NCBI RefSeq assembly: GCF_000172995.2
Contig: NC_014729.1
Coordinates: forward strand, 1,830,001-1,862,000
Direction: 5' to 3'
DNA: 32,000 nucleotides
From: Halogeometricum borinquense DSM 11551
GTDB lineage: Archaea > Halobacteriota > Halobacteria > Halobacteriales > Haloferacaceae
In this document: positions 7,239-15,897 of the stretch, in pieces
Layout: every line of letters starts with the position of its first letter
Numbering within the stretch: position 1 is the first letter of the stretch
Notes under the pieces: generated by a model
Seen by the model: the letters and a program-made list of their open reading frames with translations, nothing else
Databases searched by the model: none
Told to the model about the DNA's origin: nothing
Translations under genes and position numbers: made by a program

Positions 7239-8678
7239 TCAGGCGACTCTATCGACGACCGTCTCGCCGTCCACGACGAGGTTGTACGCACCCTCGTCAT
7301 CGTTCCACAGCGCGAGGACGTTCTCGAAGACGAGTACGTCGCCGTAGTCGGCGCGGGCGAGCCACTCGTTCAGCGAATCGCGCTTCGTCAGGACAGCGTA
7401 GTGTTCGACCGATTCGCTCCCGTCGCTTACTTTGAACAGCGGGTTCGCCCCATCGTGTTCGGTTAGGTCGTGGCTGAGTTTCACCGCGAGGAGGTCGATG
7501 CGGTTCGTGACGTGGCGCTCCATCTCGGCCATCTTCGCGTATCGCTCCCCGGAAGCGGTCACATCAACGCGGCGTTCGCCGTCGTGTCGAAGGACGACCG
7601 AGGAAAACTGCACTGTCTCGTTTGTGAACGTCCCGTCGCCGGGGTCCCGGTCCTCGGTTGCCTCGCCTGCCTCGTCCAGTCGGCGCTGGAACGACGGTGC
7701 GACGATATCCTCCCCGCGGTCGAACGACCATCCGTGGTCCGACGGGGCGTGGCCGGGCCACAGTCGGAGTGTCGGCGCGTAAACGGTCACGTCGCCGTCG
7801 GCGGGTGCGAGGGCACGCTCTACTTCGCGGAGTCCCATACTGGTGTTGAGGTCCGCGGGTGCGATACCGACGAACGACCCGTCGTCGGCCACGTAGTCGA
7901 GGTATCGTTCGGCGACGGACGTCGGATCATCCAGTTCTGAGAGAACGTTGGCGAAGCAGACGAGGTCGAAGCCCTCACCGTCGGGCAGCACTGAGGCGGG
8001 ATCGAACGCCTCCGCCGTCTCTCGGTGAACTGTTGTTTTGAAGTTCGAGCGGGTCTCCGAGAGCATCGCTTCGAGTACATCCGCGGATGCGGACGGTTCG
8101 ACGGCGTGGTACTCGACGAGGCTATTCTCGGGCAGGTAGTCGTGCAGACCGAGTGCGGGACCGCCGGTACCCGCACCCACGTCGAGAACGCGGAGAACAC
8201 GAGGTAACAGGCCGCGTTCGGCGAGACCATCGAGGACGTAGCCCACCGCAGCGTAGTAGTCGGGAAGGTGGTAGATGCCGTATCCGAGTGCGGCCTCCTC
8301 GTCGTACGCCACCTCGTTTTGGTAGTAGTAGTCTTCCTTCAGACGGCGGATCACCTCGCGCAATCGGTCGCCCGACTCGTCACGGTGCCAGTTGACGCCG
8401 TAGCGTTCGATCAACAGGTCCTCGAAAGCGAACGCGTACGCCTCGGGGAACTCGGTCGGCGACCAATCGCGGTAGGGAACCGGTTCGTCTTCGACGGGAA
8501 CGAACGTGCCGTCGTCGCGTTCGACCAATCCGAGATCGAACGCCTCCTCGCGCAGTGTCTCGCGGACGACGGCGGGATGTGGTGTTCCCTCGATGTACTC
8601 ACAAATCTCCTCGGGATCAATGGGTCGAACGTTTCGCAGATACTTGGCGTTCGACCGCACGGCGTCTCTGTCTATCAT
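7239..8678 (-). CDS. class I SAM-dependent methyltransferase, large (479 aa), possibly Rsm22-like
   Basis: Motif I VLDVGAGTGGPALGL with flanking N- and C-terminal extra domains. 4-nt overlap with the upstream tyrA stop. Confidence 0.75.
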   Translation of the reverse strand: MIDRDAVRSNAKYLRNVRPIDPEEICEYIEGTPHPAVVRETLREEAFDLGLVERDDGTFVPVEDEPVPYRDWSPTEFPEAYAFAFEDLLIERYGVNWHRDESGDRLREVIRRLKEDYYYQNEVAYDEEAALGYGIYHLPDYYAAVGYVLDGLAERGLLPRVLRVLDVGAGTGGPALGLHDYLPENSLVEYHAVEPSASADVLEAMLSETRSNFKTTVHRETAEAFDPASVLPDGEGFDLVCFANVLSELDDPTSVAERYLDYVADDGSFVGIAPADLNTSMGLREVERALAPADGDVTVYAPTLRLWPGHAPSDHGWSFDRGEDIVAPSFQRRLDEAGEATEDRDPGDGTFTNETVQFSSVVLRHDGERRVDVTASGERYAKMAEMERHVTNRIDLLAVKLSHDLTEHDGANPLFKVSDGSESVEHYAVLTKRDSLNEWLARADYGDVLVFENVLALWNDDEGAYNLVVDGETVVDRVA

Positions 8679-9481
8679 CGGTCGTCCTCGGATTCTGAGT
8701 CGAGTTCGGTTGCGGCGTCGGGTTCGGGGTTGGCGTCGCGGGCGTCAGGTCGTGTGCTCGCGTCTCGGTACAGTTGTTCGAACGTCTTCGCGTCGGCGCT
8801 GGCGAGTTCGGTTGCGGCGTCGGCCACCCTGTCGGCGCCCGGAAACGACTCCTGAATCTCGCGGTAGACGCGGGGGGTGCCGCCCGTCACTGTTTCTACG
8901 AGCGACGAAAGTGACTCCGAGACGGGCGTGGCGAACTCCTCGCGCACGTCCTCGGCCGCGAGCGCGTACGCGAGAACTGCGGCATGTGCGCTGGCTTGGA
9001 CTGTCTCCATCGCCTCGTCGTGTTCCGCAGGTGTCGTCTCGAACACTTCGTTGCCGGCCGCTGAGAGGGTGTCGCAGACACGTTCAGTCACCGGACCGGG
9101 AGCATCGCGGACGGCGGCGACGGTGCCCGGTGCGTTCGCCGCCGCGAACAGCGGATGCAGACTGAGGCGTTCTCGGTCGGCGGCCGCTTCACGCATCGCT
9201 GTCACCGGAGCGTCCATTACGCCGGTCACATCAAACACAGCACGTTCAGCGCGGGGCGCGTGGTCGAAGACCGCCTCGTCTACAGCCGAGATGGGGACAG
9301 CCAGACAGACGGCGTCGAAGGTCTCCTCGGTCGCAAGCGAGACGGTTCTCCCGTCGGTACTCGTCGCGGCGGCGCGTGCGGCATCCGGGTCGCGGTCCGC
9401 GAACGCCACGTCGAACTCGGCGGTGAGCGTCGAACCCACCCACCGGCCCATCTCACCCGCGCCGATGACGAGTACCTCCAT
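8675..9481 (-). CDS. tyrA: prephenate dehydrogenase
   Basis: Rossmann motif MEVLVIGAGEMGRW at the chosen N-terminus, and the catalytic-His region SLHPLFAA. The track start at 9556 adds 25 non-conserved-looking residues, so I chose the ATG at 9481. Acidic C-terminal tail. Confidence 0.8.
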   Translation of the reverse strand: MEVLVIGAGEMGRWVGSTLTAEFDVAFADRDPDAARAAATSTDGRTVSLATEETFDAVCLAVPISAVDEAVFDHAPRAERAVFDVTGVMDAPVTAMREAAADRERLSLHPLFAAANAPGTVAAVRDAPGPVTERVCDTLSAAGNEVFETTPAEHDEAMETVQASAHAAVLAYALAAEDVREEFATPVSESLSSLVETVTGGTPRVYREIQESFPGADRVADAATELASADAKTFEQLYRDASTRPDARDANPEPDAATELDSESEDDR

Positions 9482-9626
9482 CGTGGCCGAATACGCGCCC
9501 GATACGTCAAAAGGGGTTCGATGACCACATCCAAACGGCCGCGATTCGTTCGACAACGCGACTGGTTAGGGTCTCCCGAATTGAATCATGAGGAAACATG
9601 AAGTACCCGGCGGTGGTACGAAGCCC

Positions 9627-10475
9627 ATGGTCGAGAATAAACTAGACGGGCGTGTAGCGTTTATCACTGGAACGAGCCGAGGAATCGGCAAAGCGTTGGC
9701 GCTGGAACTGGCGGACGCGGGCGTGAAAGTCGTCTCTACGGGGAAGACCGTCGAAGAGAAAGACGAGTTGCCGGGCACTATCGTAGAGACGACCGAAGAG
9801 ATTCGATCTCGCGGCGGTGAGTCCATCTGGCGACAGATAGACGTCCGCGACGAGGAGTCCGTTGCGGCCGCTATCGAGGACACTGTCGAAGAGTTCGGCG
9901 GTATCGACTTCGTCATCAACAACGCCGGAGCGATTCATATCGCCCCGTTCGAGGAGACGCCCCCGAGGCGGTACGACCTCCTGACAGAAGTGAACGTACG
10001 CGGGACGTACGTGACGACGCAGGCGGCCCTCCCGCACCTGCGTGAGAGCGATCATGCGCACGTCCTCGCGTTCTCGCCGCCCGTGACGAACCCCGCTCGT
10101 CCCGGGATGGCCGCCTACGCCGTCTCGAAGTACGGGATGACCATCGTGATGCAGTCGTTAGCCGACGAACTCTCCGGCGACGATATCGCGCTGAACAGTC
10201 TGTGGCCTGTCGCCGCAATCGAGTCCGAGGCGACGCGACACTTCGGGATGGGGACACCGGAGGACTGGCGTACTCCGCAGGTGGTCTGTGACGCCGTCAC
10301 CGAAATCCTCGGTCGCAATCCGTCGGAGTGTACCGGAAACGCGTTCTACGACGAGGAGATTCTCCGCGATGTGGGCGTCGAGGATTTCGACCAGTACAAC
10401 GTCGTCGAAGAAGCCGACCCCGGCCCGATGTCGGCACATTTATTCGACCCCGACTACGAGCGACCAAACCAGTAG
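9627..10475 (+). CDS. SDR-family oxidoreductase
   Basis: TGTSRGIGKA cofactor motif, NNAG, and the catalytic YAVSK (YxxxK). I preferred the ATG at 9627 because codons 9588-9626 have low GC3. Confidence 0.85.
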   Translation: MVENKLDGRVAFITGTSRGIGKALALELADAGVKVVSTGKTVEEKDELPGTIVETTEEIRSRGGESIWRQIDVRDEESVAAAIEDTVEEFGGIDFVINNAGAIHIAPFEETPPRRYDLLTEVNVRGTYVTTQAALPHLRESDHAHVLAFSPPVTNPARPGMAAYAVSKYGMTIVMQSLADELSGDDIALNSLWPVAAIESEATRHFGMGTPEDWRTPQVVCDAVTEILGRNPSECTGNAFYDEEILRDVGVEDFDQYNVVEEADPGPMSAHLFDPDYERPNQ

Positions 10476-10478
10476 AGT

Positions 10479-10494
10479 ATCAGTACTGATTTTT
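10479..10494 (+). terminator. palindrome ATCAGTACTGAT running into a T5 tract, just after the SDR stop
   Basis: Perfect 12-bp palindrome at 10479-10490. T run at 10490-10494. Oligo-T is the usual archaeal termination signal. Confidence 0.35.
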
Positions 10495-10702
10495 AGAGCC
10501 GTACTATTATTAACCACCACCGATACGACCGAAACGGGGGGAATGGACGCCCGCGGGGGGAAAATGGGATCACGTCCGAACACCTCAGACTCTTTACTCA
10601 TGTCTTTCCGGGCAATCTCTCATAACCATAATCCATAATTCTGCAGTTTAGGGTGTGTCTAACGCTTGTCTGACTATTGCTAGATTTCTGAGGTTTGAAT
10701 AG

Positions 10703-10710
10703 TTTTATAA
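10703..10710 (+). promoter_or_regulatory. TATA box TTTTATAA about 28 nt upstream of the 10735 ATG
   Basis: Close match to the haloarchaeal TATA consensus at leaderless spacing. Confidence 0.5.
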
Positions 10711-10734
10711 CGGTGTAGACATATACTCCTACCG

Positions 10735-11247
10735 ATGAAATTCCCCTCGGTCCCCGGGCGAACTACAGACGGTCGGCGAGTCCACCTCCCCGTCGACTTC
10801 GAGGGGGAACAGACGCTCGTCGTTCTCAGTTTCCATCAGCGACAGCAGTCGTTGGTCGATTCCTGGCGCGGATTCGCTAATCGGCTCCGCGAGGAGTACG
10901 ACCACTTCGGATACTACGAACTATTCGTGAGCGGTGGAAACAGCGGGATGCTCCCACCGACGGCGATGGGTGGTCTTTCTCCATCGAACGCCCGCCGTCG
11001 GTTGGACGACAACACCGTGTTTGTCCCCGTGGATAAGAATGCCTTCCAACGCAGGCTCGGAATCGTCGGAGAACAGACGATATACGCGTTCCTCGTCGAG
11101 GACGACGAAGTCGTCAGACAGGCAGCTGGCGTCCTCACCTCGTCGACTGCGGAGGCACTCGAATCACTCCTCTCTGAGTACGAGAGCGCACAGAATCGGT
11201 GGTCCGAAATCGGTAGCGACACGGCCGAAGAGTCTTCCGGCGGATAA
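10735..11247 (+). CDS. hypothetical protein, 170 aa, redoxin/thioredoxin-fold-like N-terminal pattern but no cysteine
   Basis: GRRVHLPVDFEGEQTLVVLSF resembles the start of AhpC/TSA-type redoxins, but the protein has no Cys at all. G+C is about 60% over the five 60-nt blocks from 10741 to 11040 that I hand-counted, lower than neighbouring genes. Strong TATA upstream. Confidence 0.6.
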   Translation: MKFPSVPGRTTDGRRVHLPVDFEGEQTLVVLSFHQRQQSLVDSWRGFANRLREEYDHFGYYELFVSGGNSGMLPPTAMGGLSPSNARRRLDDNTVFVPVDKNAFQRRLGIVGEQTIYAFLVEDDEVVRQAAGVLTSSTAEALESLLSEYESAQNRWSEIGSDTAEESSGG

Positions 11248-11310
11248 CTCTTCGAAGCCGTCGTTTCGGACCGCTACAGCCGTACTATTGACAGTATTGC
11301 AGCGGCGGCC

Positions 11311-12483
11311 TTAGACGACCAACTCGACAGGGTACGACGTTAGGTTCTCGTAGCCGTCTTCGGTGACGACGGCGATATCCTCGATGCGCACGCCGCCGAC
11401 CGACGGGTCGTACAATCCGGGTTCGATGGTGATGACGTGTCCGGGTTTCAGTTCCTCACCGTTAGATGCGATTCGCGGCAGTTCGTGCACATCGAGACCG
11501 ACGCCGTGGCCCGTCGAGTGGATGAACCCAGTCTCGGCCGTTGCATTCGAGCGAAGCGTGTCGTATCCGGCCTCCTCGTATCTGTCGCAGACGACATCGT
11601 GAACGTCCGCCCCGGTGACGCCGGGTTCGACAGCGTCGAGTGCTGCGTTGAGGGCTTCGTGTGTCAGATCGAACCGTTCTCGAATCTCTTCGGACGGGTC
11701 GCCCTTCACGAACGTCCGGGTCATGTCGGCGTGATACCCGGTTTCCTTCGACCGCGGGAAGATATCGATGATGATCGCTTCGTCGGCGTGAAGCGGGCCG
11801 CTCCCTTGGTCATGCGGGTCTGCGGCGTTCGCACCGCAGGCGACGATGGTATCGTCCAAGCCGCATCCGTGCCGGAGGAGCGTCACCTCGATCTCCTCTT
11901 TGACGCGTTCGCTCGTCAGGGGCGCACCCTCGTAGACGAGGGTGCCGTCCTCGACATCTGCGGCGGCGATGAGGTTTTCTGCGGCGCGCATCGCTTCCTC
12001 GTTTGCGTTCTGCGCTGCCCGGACGTGTTCGATCTCCTCGTCGGTTTTTGTCGCCCGGATCTCGGTCACTCGGTCCGACTCTTCGGCTTCGACGGCGACG
12101 CCCCGTTCGCGCAGTCCGTCGGCCGGGCCGAGTGGGAACCGTTCGGGGGTCAGCACCGACGCAACGTCGTACTCATCTAGGAACTCGGCGTGCGCGCGGG
12201 CTTTCGCCTCGGCGGGGCCGTGTTCGGAGACGAGTTCGCGGTAGTCGTACTCGGCGACGCGGCGCACCTCGTCGGCCCGACTCTGTTTCTTCGCGCGTCC
12301 GTACTCCAGCGCAGAGACGAGGAGAATCGTCTTCTCGGGCGTGTAGAGTGTCACGAACGGATCGTGCGCCTCGAAGCCGGAGAGATACTTCTGCGTGGAG
12401 TTGTGACTCGTATCGTCTACGAGATAGCCGTCTGCGTCTTCCGCTTCCAGAAGATCATCGAGCGGTGAGAAATCCGGGTCCAT
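11311..12483 (-). CDS. M24-family Xaa-Pro aminopeptidase/dipeptidase
   Basis: [21 protein letters not shown] and [11 protein letters not shown] metal-ligand motifs. I chose the start at 12483 ([10 protein letters not shown]). The track extension to 12669 is Arg/Gly-rich and overlaps aroA. Confidence 0.9.
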   Translation of the reverse strand: MDPDFSPLDDLLEAEDADGYLVDDTSHNSTQKYLSGFEAHDPFVTLYTPEKTILLVSALEYGRAKKQSRADEVRRVAEYDYRELVSEHGPAEAKARAHAEFLDEYDVASVLTPERFPLGPADGLRERGVAVEAEESDRVTEIRATKTDEEIEHVRAAQNANEEAMRAAENLIAAADVEDGTLVYEGAPLTSERVKEEIEVTLLRHGCGLDDTIVACGANAADPHDQGSGPLHADEAIIIDIFPRSKETGYHADMTRTFVKGDPSEEIRERFDLTHEALNAALDAVEPGVTGADVHDVVCDRYEEAGYDTLRSNATAETGFIHSTGHGVGLDVHELPRIASNGEELKPGHVITIEPGLYDPSVGGVRIEDIAVVTEDGYENLTSYPVELVV

Positions 12484-12597
12484 GACCGGGCTTCGGCGTG
12501 GCAGTTCATAAGCCCACGCGTCGCGGAACAACAGACTGGTACGGGAATCCTCGCCGCCTCCGGTACCCTCATACGCACCCCCGCGCCAACCAGAAGC

Positions 12598-13896
12598 ATG
12601 GACGTTACCATCTCGCCGTCTCGTATCGACGGCCGCACACGCGCCCCGCCGTCGAAGAGTTACACACACCGCGCTATTCTCGCCGCCGGATACGGTGGGC
12701 AGGCGACGGTTCTGAATCCCCTCGTGAGCGCAGACACGAAGGCGACGATGCGCGCGGTAGACGCCTTCGGCGGCGACACCGACCTCTCGGCGGACGAGTC
12801 GTCGCTTTCCGTTTCGGGGTTCGACGGCCGCCCCGAGGTACCCGCGGACGTGGTGAACTGCGAGAACTCCGGGACGACGATGCGACTCGTCACCGCTTGT
12901 GCCGCCCTCGGTGACGGGCTAACTGTTCTCACCGGCGACGACTCGCTCCGATCACGCCCGCAAGGGCCGCTTCTCGACGCAGTGACCGATTTGGGCGGCC
13001 GCGGCGAATCGACGCGGCGAAACGGTCAAGCCCCCCTCGTCGTCGGCGACGCGATGGACGGTGGAACGGTGTCGATTCCGGGCGACGTGTCCTCGCAGTA
13101 CATCTCCGCGCTGTTGATGGCCGGTGCCGTCACCGACGAGGGGATCGACATCGAGTTGGAGACGGAACTGAAATCCGCGCCGTACGTCGATATTACGCTC
13201 GAACTGCTGGACGAGTTCGGCGTCGAAGCCGAGCAAACTGCAGACGGGTTCTCCGTCGCGGGCGGGCAGTCATACGACCCCACGGGCGGCGAGTACGAGG
13301 TGCCCGGCGACTTCTCTTCGATCTCCTATCTTCTCGCGGCAGGTGCCATCGCCGCCGCAGAGGGCGAGTCCGTCGTCGTGGAAGGCGCGCGACCGAGTGC
13401 GCAGGGTGATGCGGCGATCGTGGATATCGTCCGAGACATGGGCGCGGACGTCACGTGGGACCGCGACGCCGGTGAACTCACCGTCTCGCGTGCTACCCTC
13501 ACAGGGACGACAGTTGACGTGGGAGACACGCCCGACCTCCTCCCGACGATTGCCACGCTCGGGGCCGTCGCCGACGGCGACACCGTCATCGAGAACTGCG
13601 AACACGTTCGGTACAAGGAGACGGACCGCGTGAGCGCGATGGCCGACGAACTCGGCAAGATGGGGGCGTCAGTGACCGAGGAACAGGACCGACTGACGAT
13701 TCACGGCGGCGAGACTGACCTCGTCGGTGCGACGGTCGAGGGCCGCCACGACCACCGCATCGTCATGTCACTTGCAATCGCCGGACTCGTCGCCGAGGGC
13801 GAGACGACGGTGACGGGCGCAGAACACGTGGACGTGTCGTTCCCGAACTTCTTCGACGCCATCGAGTCGTTGGGCGTCTCCGTTCGTCGGGAGTAA
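12598..13896 (+). CDS. aroA: 3-phosphoshikimate 1-carboxyvinyltransferase (EPSP synthase)
   Basis: [15 protein letters not shown]-terminal signature and the [14 protein letters not shown]-terminal motif. 432 aa. Confidence 0.95.
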   Translation: MDVTISPSRIDGRTRAPPSKSYTHRAILAAGYGGQATVLNPLVSADTKATMRAVDAFGGDTDLSADESSLSVSGFDGRPEVPADVVNCENSGTTMRLVTACAALGDGLTVLTGDDSLRSRPQGPLLDAVTDLGGRGESTRRNGQAPLVVGDAMDGGTVSIPGDVSSQYISALLMAGAVTDEGIDIELETELKSAPYVDITLELLDEFGVEAEQTADGFSVAGGQSYDPTGGEYEVPGDFSSISYLLAAGAIAAAEGESVVVEGARPSAQGDAAIVDIVRDMGADVTWDRDAGELTVSRATLTGTTVDVGDTPDLLPTIATLGAVADGDTVIENCEHVRYKETDRVSAMADELGKMGASVTEEQDRLTIHGGETDLVGATVEGRHDHRIVMSLAIAGLVAEGETTVTGAEHVDVSFPNFFDAIESLGVSVRRE

Positions 13897-13934
13897 CATC
13901 TCGATTTGTGGGGAGTAGCATCTCGATTCGTCGG
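13891..13934. repeat. 22-bp tandem duplication (19/22 identical) beginning in the last sense codon (GAG) of aroA and spanning its TAA stop
   Basis: GAGTAACATCTCGATTTGTGGG / GAGTAGCATCTCGATTCGTCGG. The preceding TTCGTCGG also matches the end of the unit, giving about 2.4 copies. Confidence 0.85.
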
Positions 13935-13942
13935 AAATCGGT

Positions 13943-14422
13943 TCACGACTCCGTTGTTATCTCTTCGCTCGGGGCCTCGCCGGTCACGCCCGTTCTGCGG
14001 ACGATTGCTTCGACCCACCAGAGTTTGAGTCCCATCACGCCGAGCGTTCCGAGGACCGATCCGACCGGATCACGCCTCAGCGCCGACCCGACAGCATACA
14101 GCGTCATCGGGATGTTGAGGACGTTGAGAACGTTCGGATAGTCGAGGCTCATCGTTTCGTTTCCGTGGTTCAACCACTCGCGCTCGGCGAGGACGTATCT
14201 GCTCAACCGGTTGTCCGTGCGCACAGGGCGCGGGAACAACACGGGATTGACGGCGAGAAAGACGAGTGTTGCAGCAAGCAGTCGGCGGTCACGGCGGTAG
14301 ATTGCGTATATCAGCGCTGGTGTCCCGAGAAAGCGCGTTCCGGCGCTCCACGGATTCGAGTGCCGCTCCCAAAACAGGTCTTCGACGCGGTCACGAACTC
14401 GGTCTGCGTTCGGTTCTGTCAT
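13943..14422 (-). CDS. hypothetical membrane protein, 159 aa
   Basis: Several hydrophobic segments (LLAATLVFLAVNPVLF, VLNIPMTLYAVGSAL, GVMGLKLWWVEAIV). ATG start. TATA-like GTATAAC at -28. Confidence 0.65.
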   Translation of the reverse strand: MTEPNADRVRDRVEDLFWERHSNPWSAGTRFLGTPALIYAIYRRDRRLLAATLVFLAVNPVLFPRPVRTDNRLSRYVLAEREWLNHGNETMSLDYPNVLNVLNIPMTLYAVGSALRRDPVGSVLGTLGVMGLKLWWVEAIVRRTGVTGEAPSEEITTES

Positions 14423-14523
14423 GGCTCCGTGTACGGACGAGAGCGAGTTATACGGTCACCCAAATCGCTGTATGATTGCGCCTATCTACAAACTCTAAAT
14501 GGCCACGCCACAGAGCCTCGGTC
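14423..14523. promoter_or_regulatory. divergent promoter region with two TATA-like boxes
   Basis: GTATAAC on the minus strand (14447-14453) is about 28 nt from start 14422. TCTAAAT (14494-14500) is about 27 nt from the aroC ATG at 14524. Confidence 0.35.
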
Positions 14524-15675
14524 ATGAACGGAAATCGCTTCGGCCGACTGTTTCAAGTGACCACCTACGGCGAGAGCCACGGTGACGCGATGGGCGTTAC
14601 CGTCTCGGGATGTCCGGCCGGACTCGAACTCGACGAGGACGACGTACAGAAAGAACTCGACCGACGCAAACCCGGCCAGTCGATGATCACGACATCCAGA
14701 GGCGAACCCGACGCCGTCGTCATCAACTCCGGAACGCAGGACGGCTACACCACGGGAACGCCAATCGGGATGGTCATCGAGAACAAGGACGCCCGGTCCG
14801 GCAAGTACGAACCGTACGTGACGGCTCCACGCCCCTCACACGGCGACTTCACCTACTCGGCGAAGTTCGGCACACGGAACTGGGGCGGCGGCGGCCGGTC
14901 CTCCGCACGCGAGACGGTGAACTGGGTCGCTGCGGGCGCGATTGCAAAGCAGATTCTCGAAGCCCACGACGTGCAGGTAAAAGCGCACGTCAACCAAATC
15001 GGGGACATCGAGGCCCCGCCGGTGACGTTCGAGGAGATGCTCGAACACACAGAGGAGAACGAAGTTCGCTGTGCGCATCCTGAGACGGCCGAGCAGATGC
15101 GCGAGAAGATAGACGAATACCAAGAGGAAGGAGACTCCATCGGCGGATCGGTCTACTTCGAGACGCGCGGCGTCCCGCGCGGACTCGGTTCTCCCCGGTT
15201 CGACTCGTTCTCGGCACGTCTTGGACAGGCAATGATGGCCATTCCAGCGGCGACAGCGTTCGAATTCGGTCTCGGCCGCGAGGCGCGCGAGTGGACCGGC
15301 AAGGACCGAAACGAGGACTGGACGTTCGACGAGGACGAGGACCCAGTACCAGTCGGCAACAAACACGGCGGTATTCAGGGCGGCATTACGACCGGCCAAC
15401 CCGTCTTCGGCGAAGTGACGTGGCACGCGCCGACTTCGATTCCGAAAGAACAGACGACGGTAGACTGGGAGACGGGCGAAGAAAAGGAGATTCAGGTTGT
15501 CGGACGACACGACCCGGTTCTCCCGCCGCGTGCCGTCCCCGTCGTCGAGGCGATGCTTAATTTGACCATTGTGGACTTCATGCTCCTCGGCGGCCACATC
15601 AACCCCGACCGGATGGACGGACAAGTCGGGGAGTATGACACAGAATACCACCCACAGAGTCCGCAGAACCAGTAA
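14524..15675 (+). CDS. aroC: chorismate synthase
   Basis: MNGNRFGRLFQVTTYGESHG N-terminus and the GGGRSSARET motif. The track start at 14476 adds 16 non-conserved residues. Confidence 0.95.
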   Translation: MNGNRFGRLFQVTTYGESHGDAMGVTVSGCPAGLELDEDDVQKELDRRKPGQSMITTSRGEPDAVVINSGTQDGYTTGTPIGMVIENKDARSGKYEPYVTAPRPSHGDFTYSAKFGTRNWGGGGRSSARETVNWVAAGAIAKQILEAHDVQVKAHVNQIGDIEAPPVTFEEMLEHTEENEVRCAHPETAEQMREKIDEYQEEGDSIGGSVYFETRGVPRGLGSPRFDSFSARLGQAMMAIPAATAFEFGLGREAREWTGKDRNEDWTFDEDEDPVPVGNKHGGIQGGITTGQPVFGEVTWHAPTSIPKEQTTVDWETGEEKEIQVVGRHDPVLPPRAVPVVEAMLNLTIVDFMLLGGHINPDRMDGQVGEYDTEYHPQSPQNQ

Positions 15676-15897
15676 TCGCCCGTTTGACGTCGAACGATTC
15701 ATTTCATACTGAGTACGTATCTCCCCCGGAGGTGACTGTCAGAAGTAAACGTTTGTCCAATTCAATCCCCGATAACGCCCCGCATACTATGAATATTATG
15801 TCCATCATCATCTTTCCTTGTTAATGCATAGCAAAGACTTTAATCAACTCCTCTCGAAAATATTCGTTAGTGGCCCTCGTGGGCCTGTGTTGAAGAT

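Noticed and set aside
10543-10638. 31-codon ORF (MDARGGKMGSRPNTSDSLLMSFRAISHNHNP) inside the low-GC spacer
   Set aside because: It has no TATA at suitable spacing and poor GC3. It is basic and polar, unlike the local proteome. I kept it only as a possibility within the islet finding.
10692-10700. T-loop-like GGTTTGAAT, suggesting a tRNA in the AT-rich spacer
   Set aside because: No complementary T-stem, acceptor stem or anticodon arm can be drawn around it. The surrounding sequence is too AT-rich for a haloarchaeal tRNA.
12484-12669. 5' extensions of track ORFs: peptidase to 12669, aroC from 14476, tyrA to 9556, 23070-23402, mbf1 to 24504, chorismate mutase from 5386, SDR from 9588
   Set aside because: The extensions are non-acidic, Arg/Gly-rich or low-GC3. 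They overlap neighbouring genes or promoters. Internal ATGs coincide with the conserved family N-termini and with TATA spacing or ATGA coupling.
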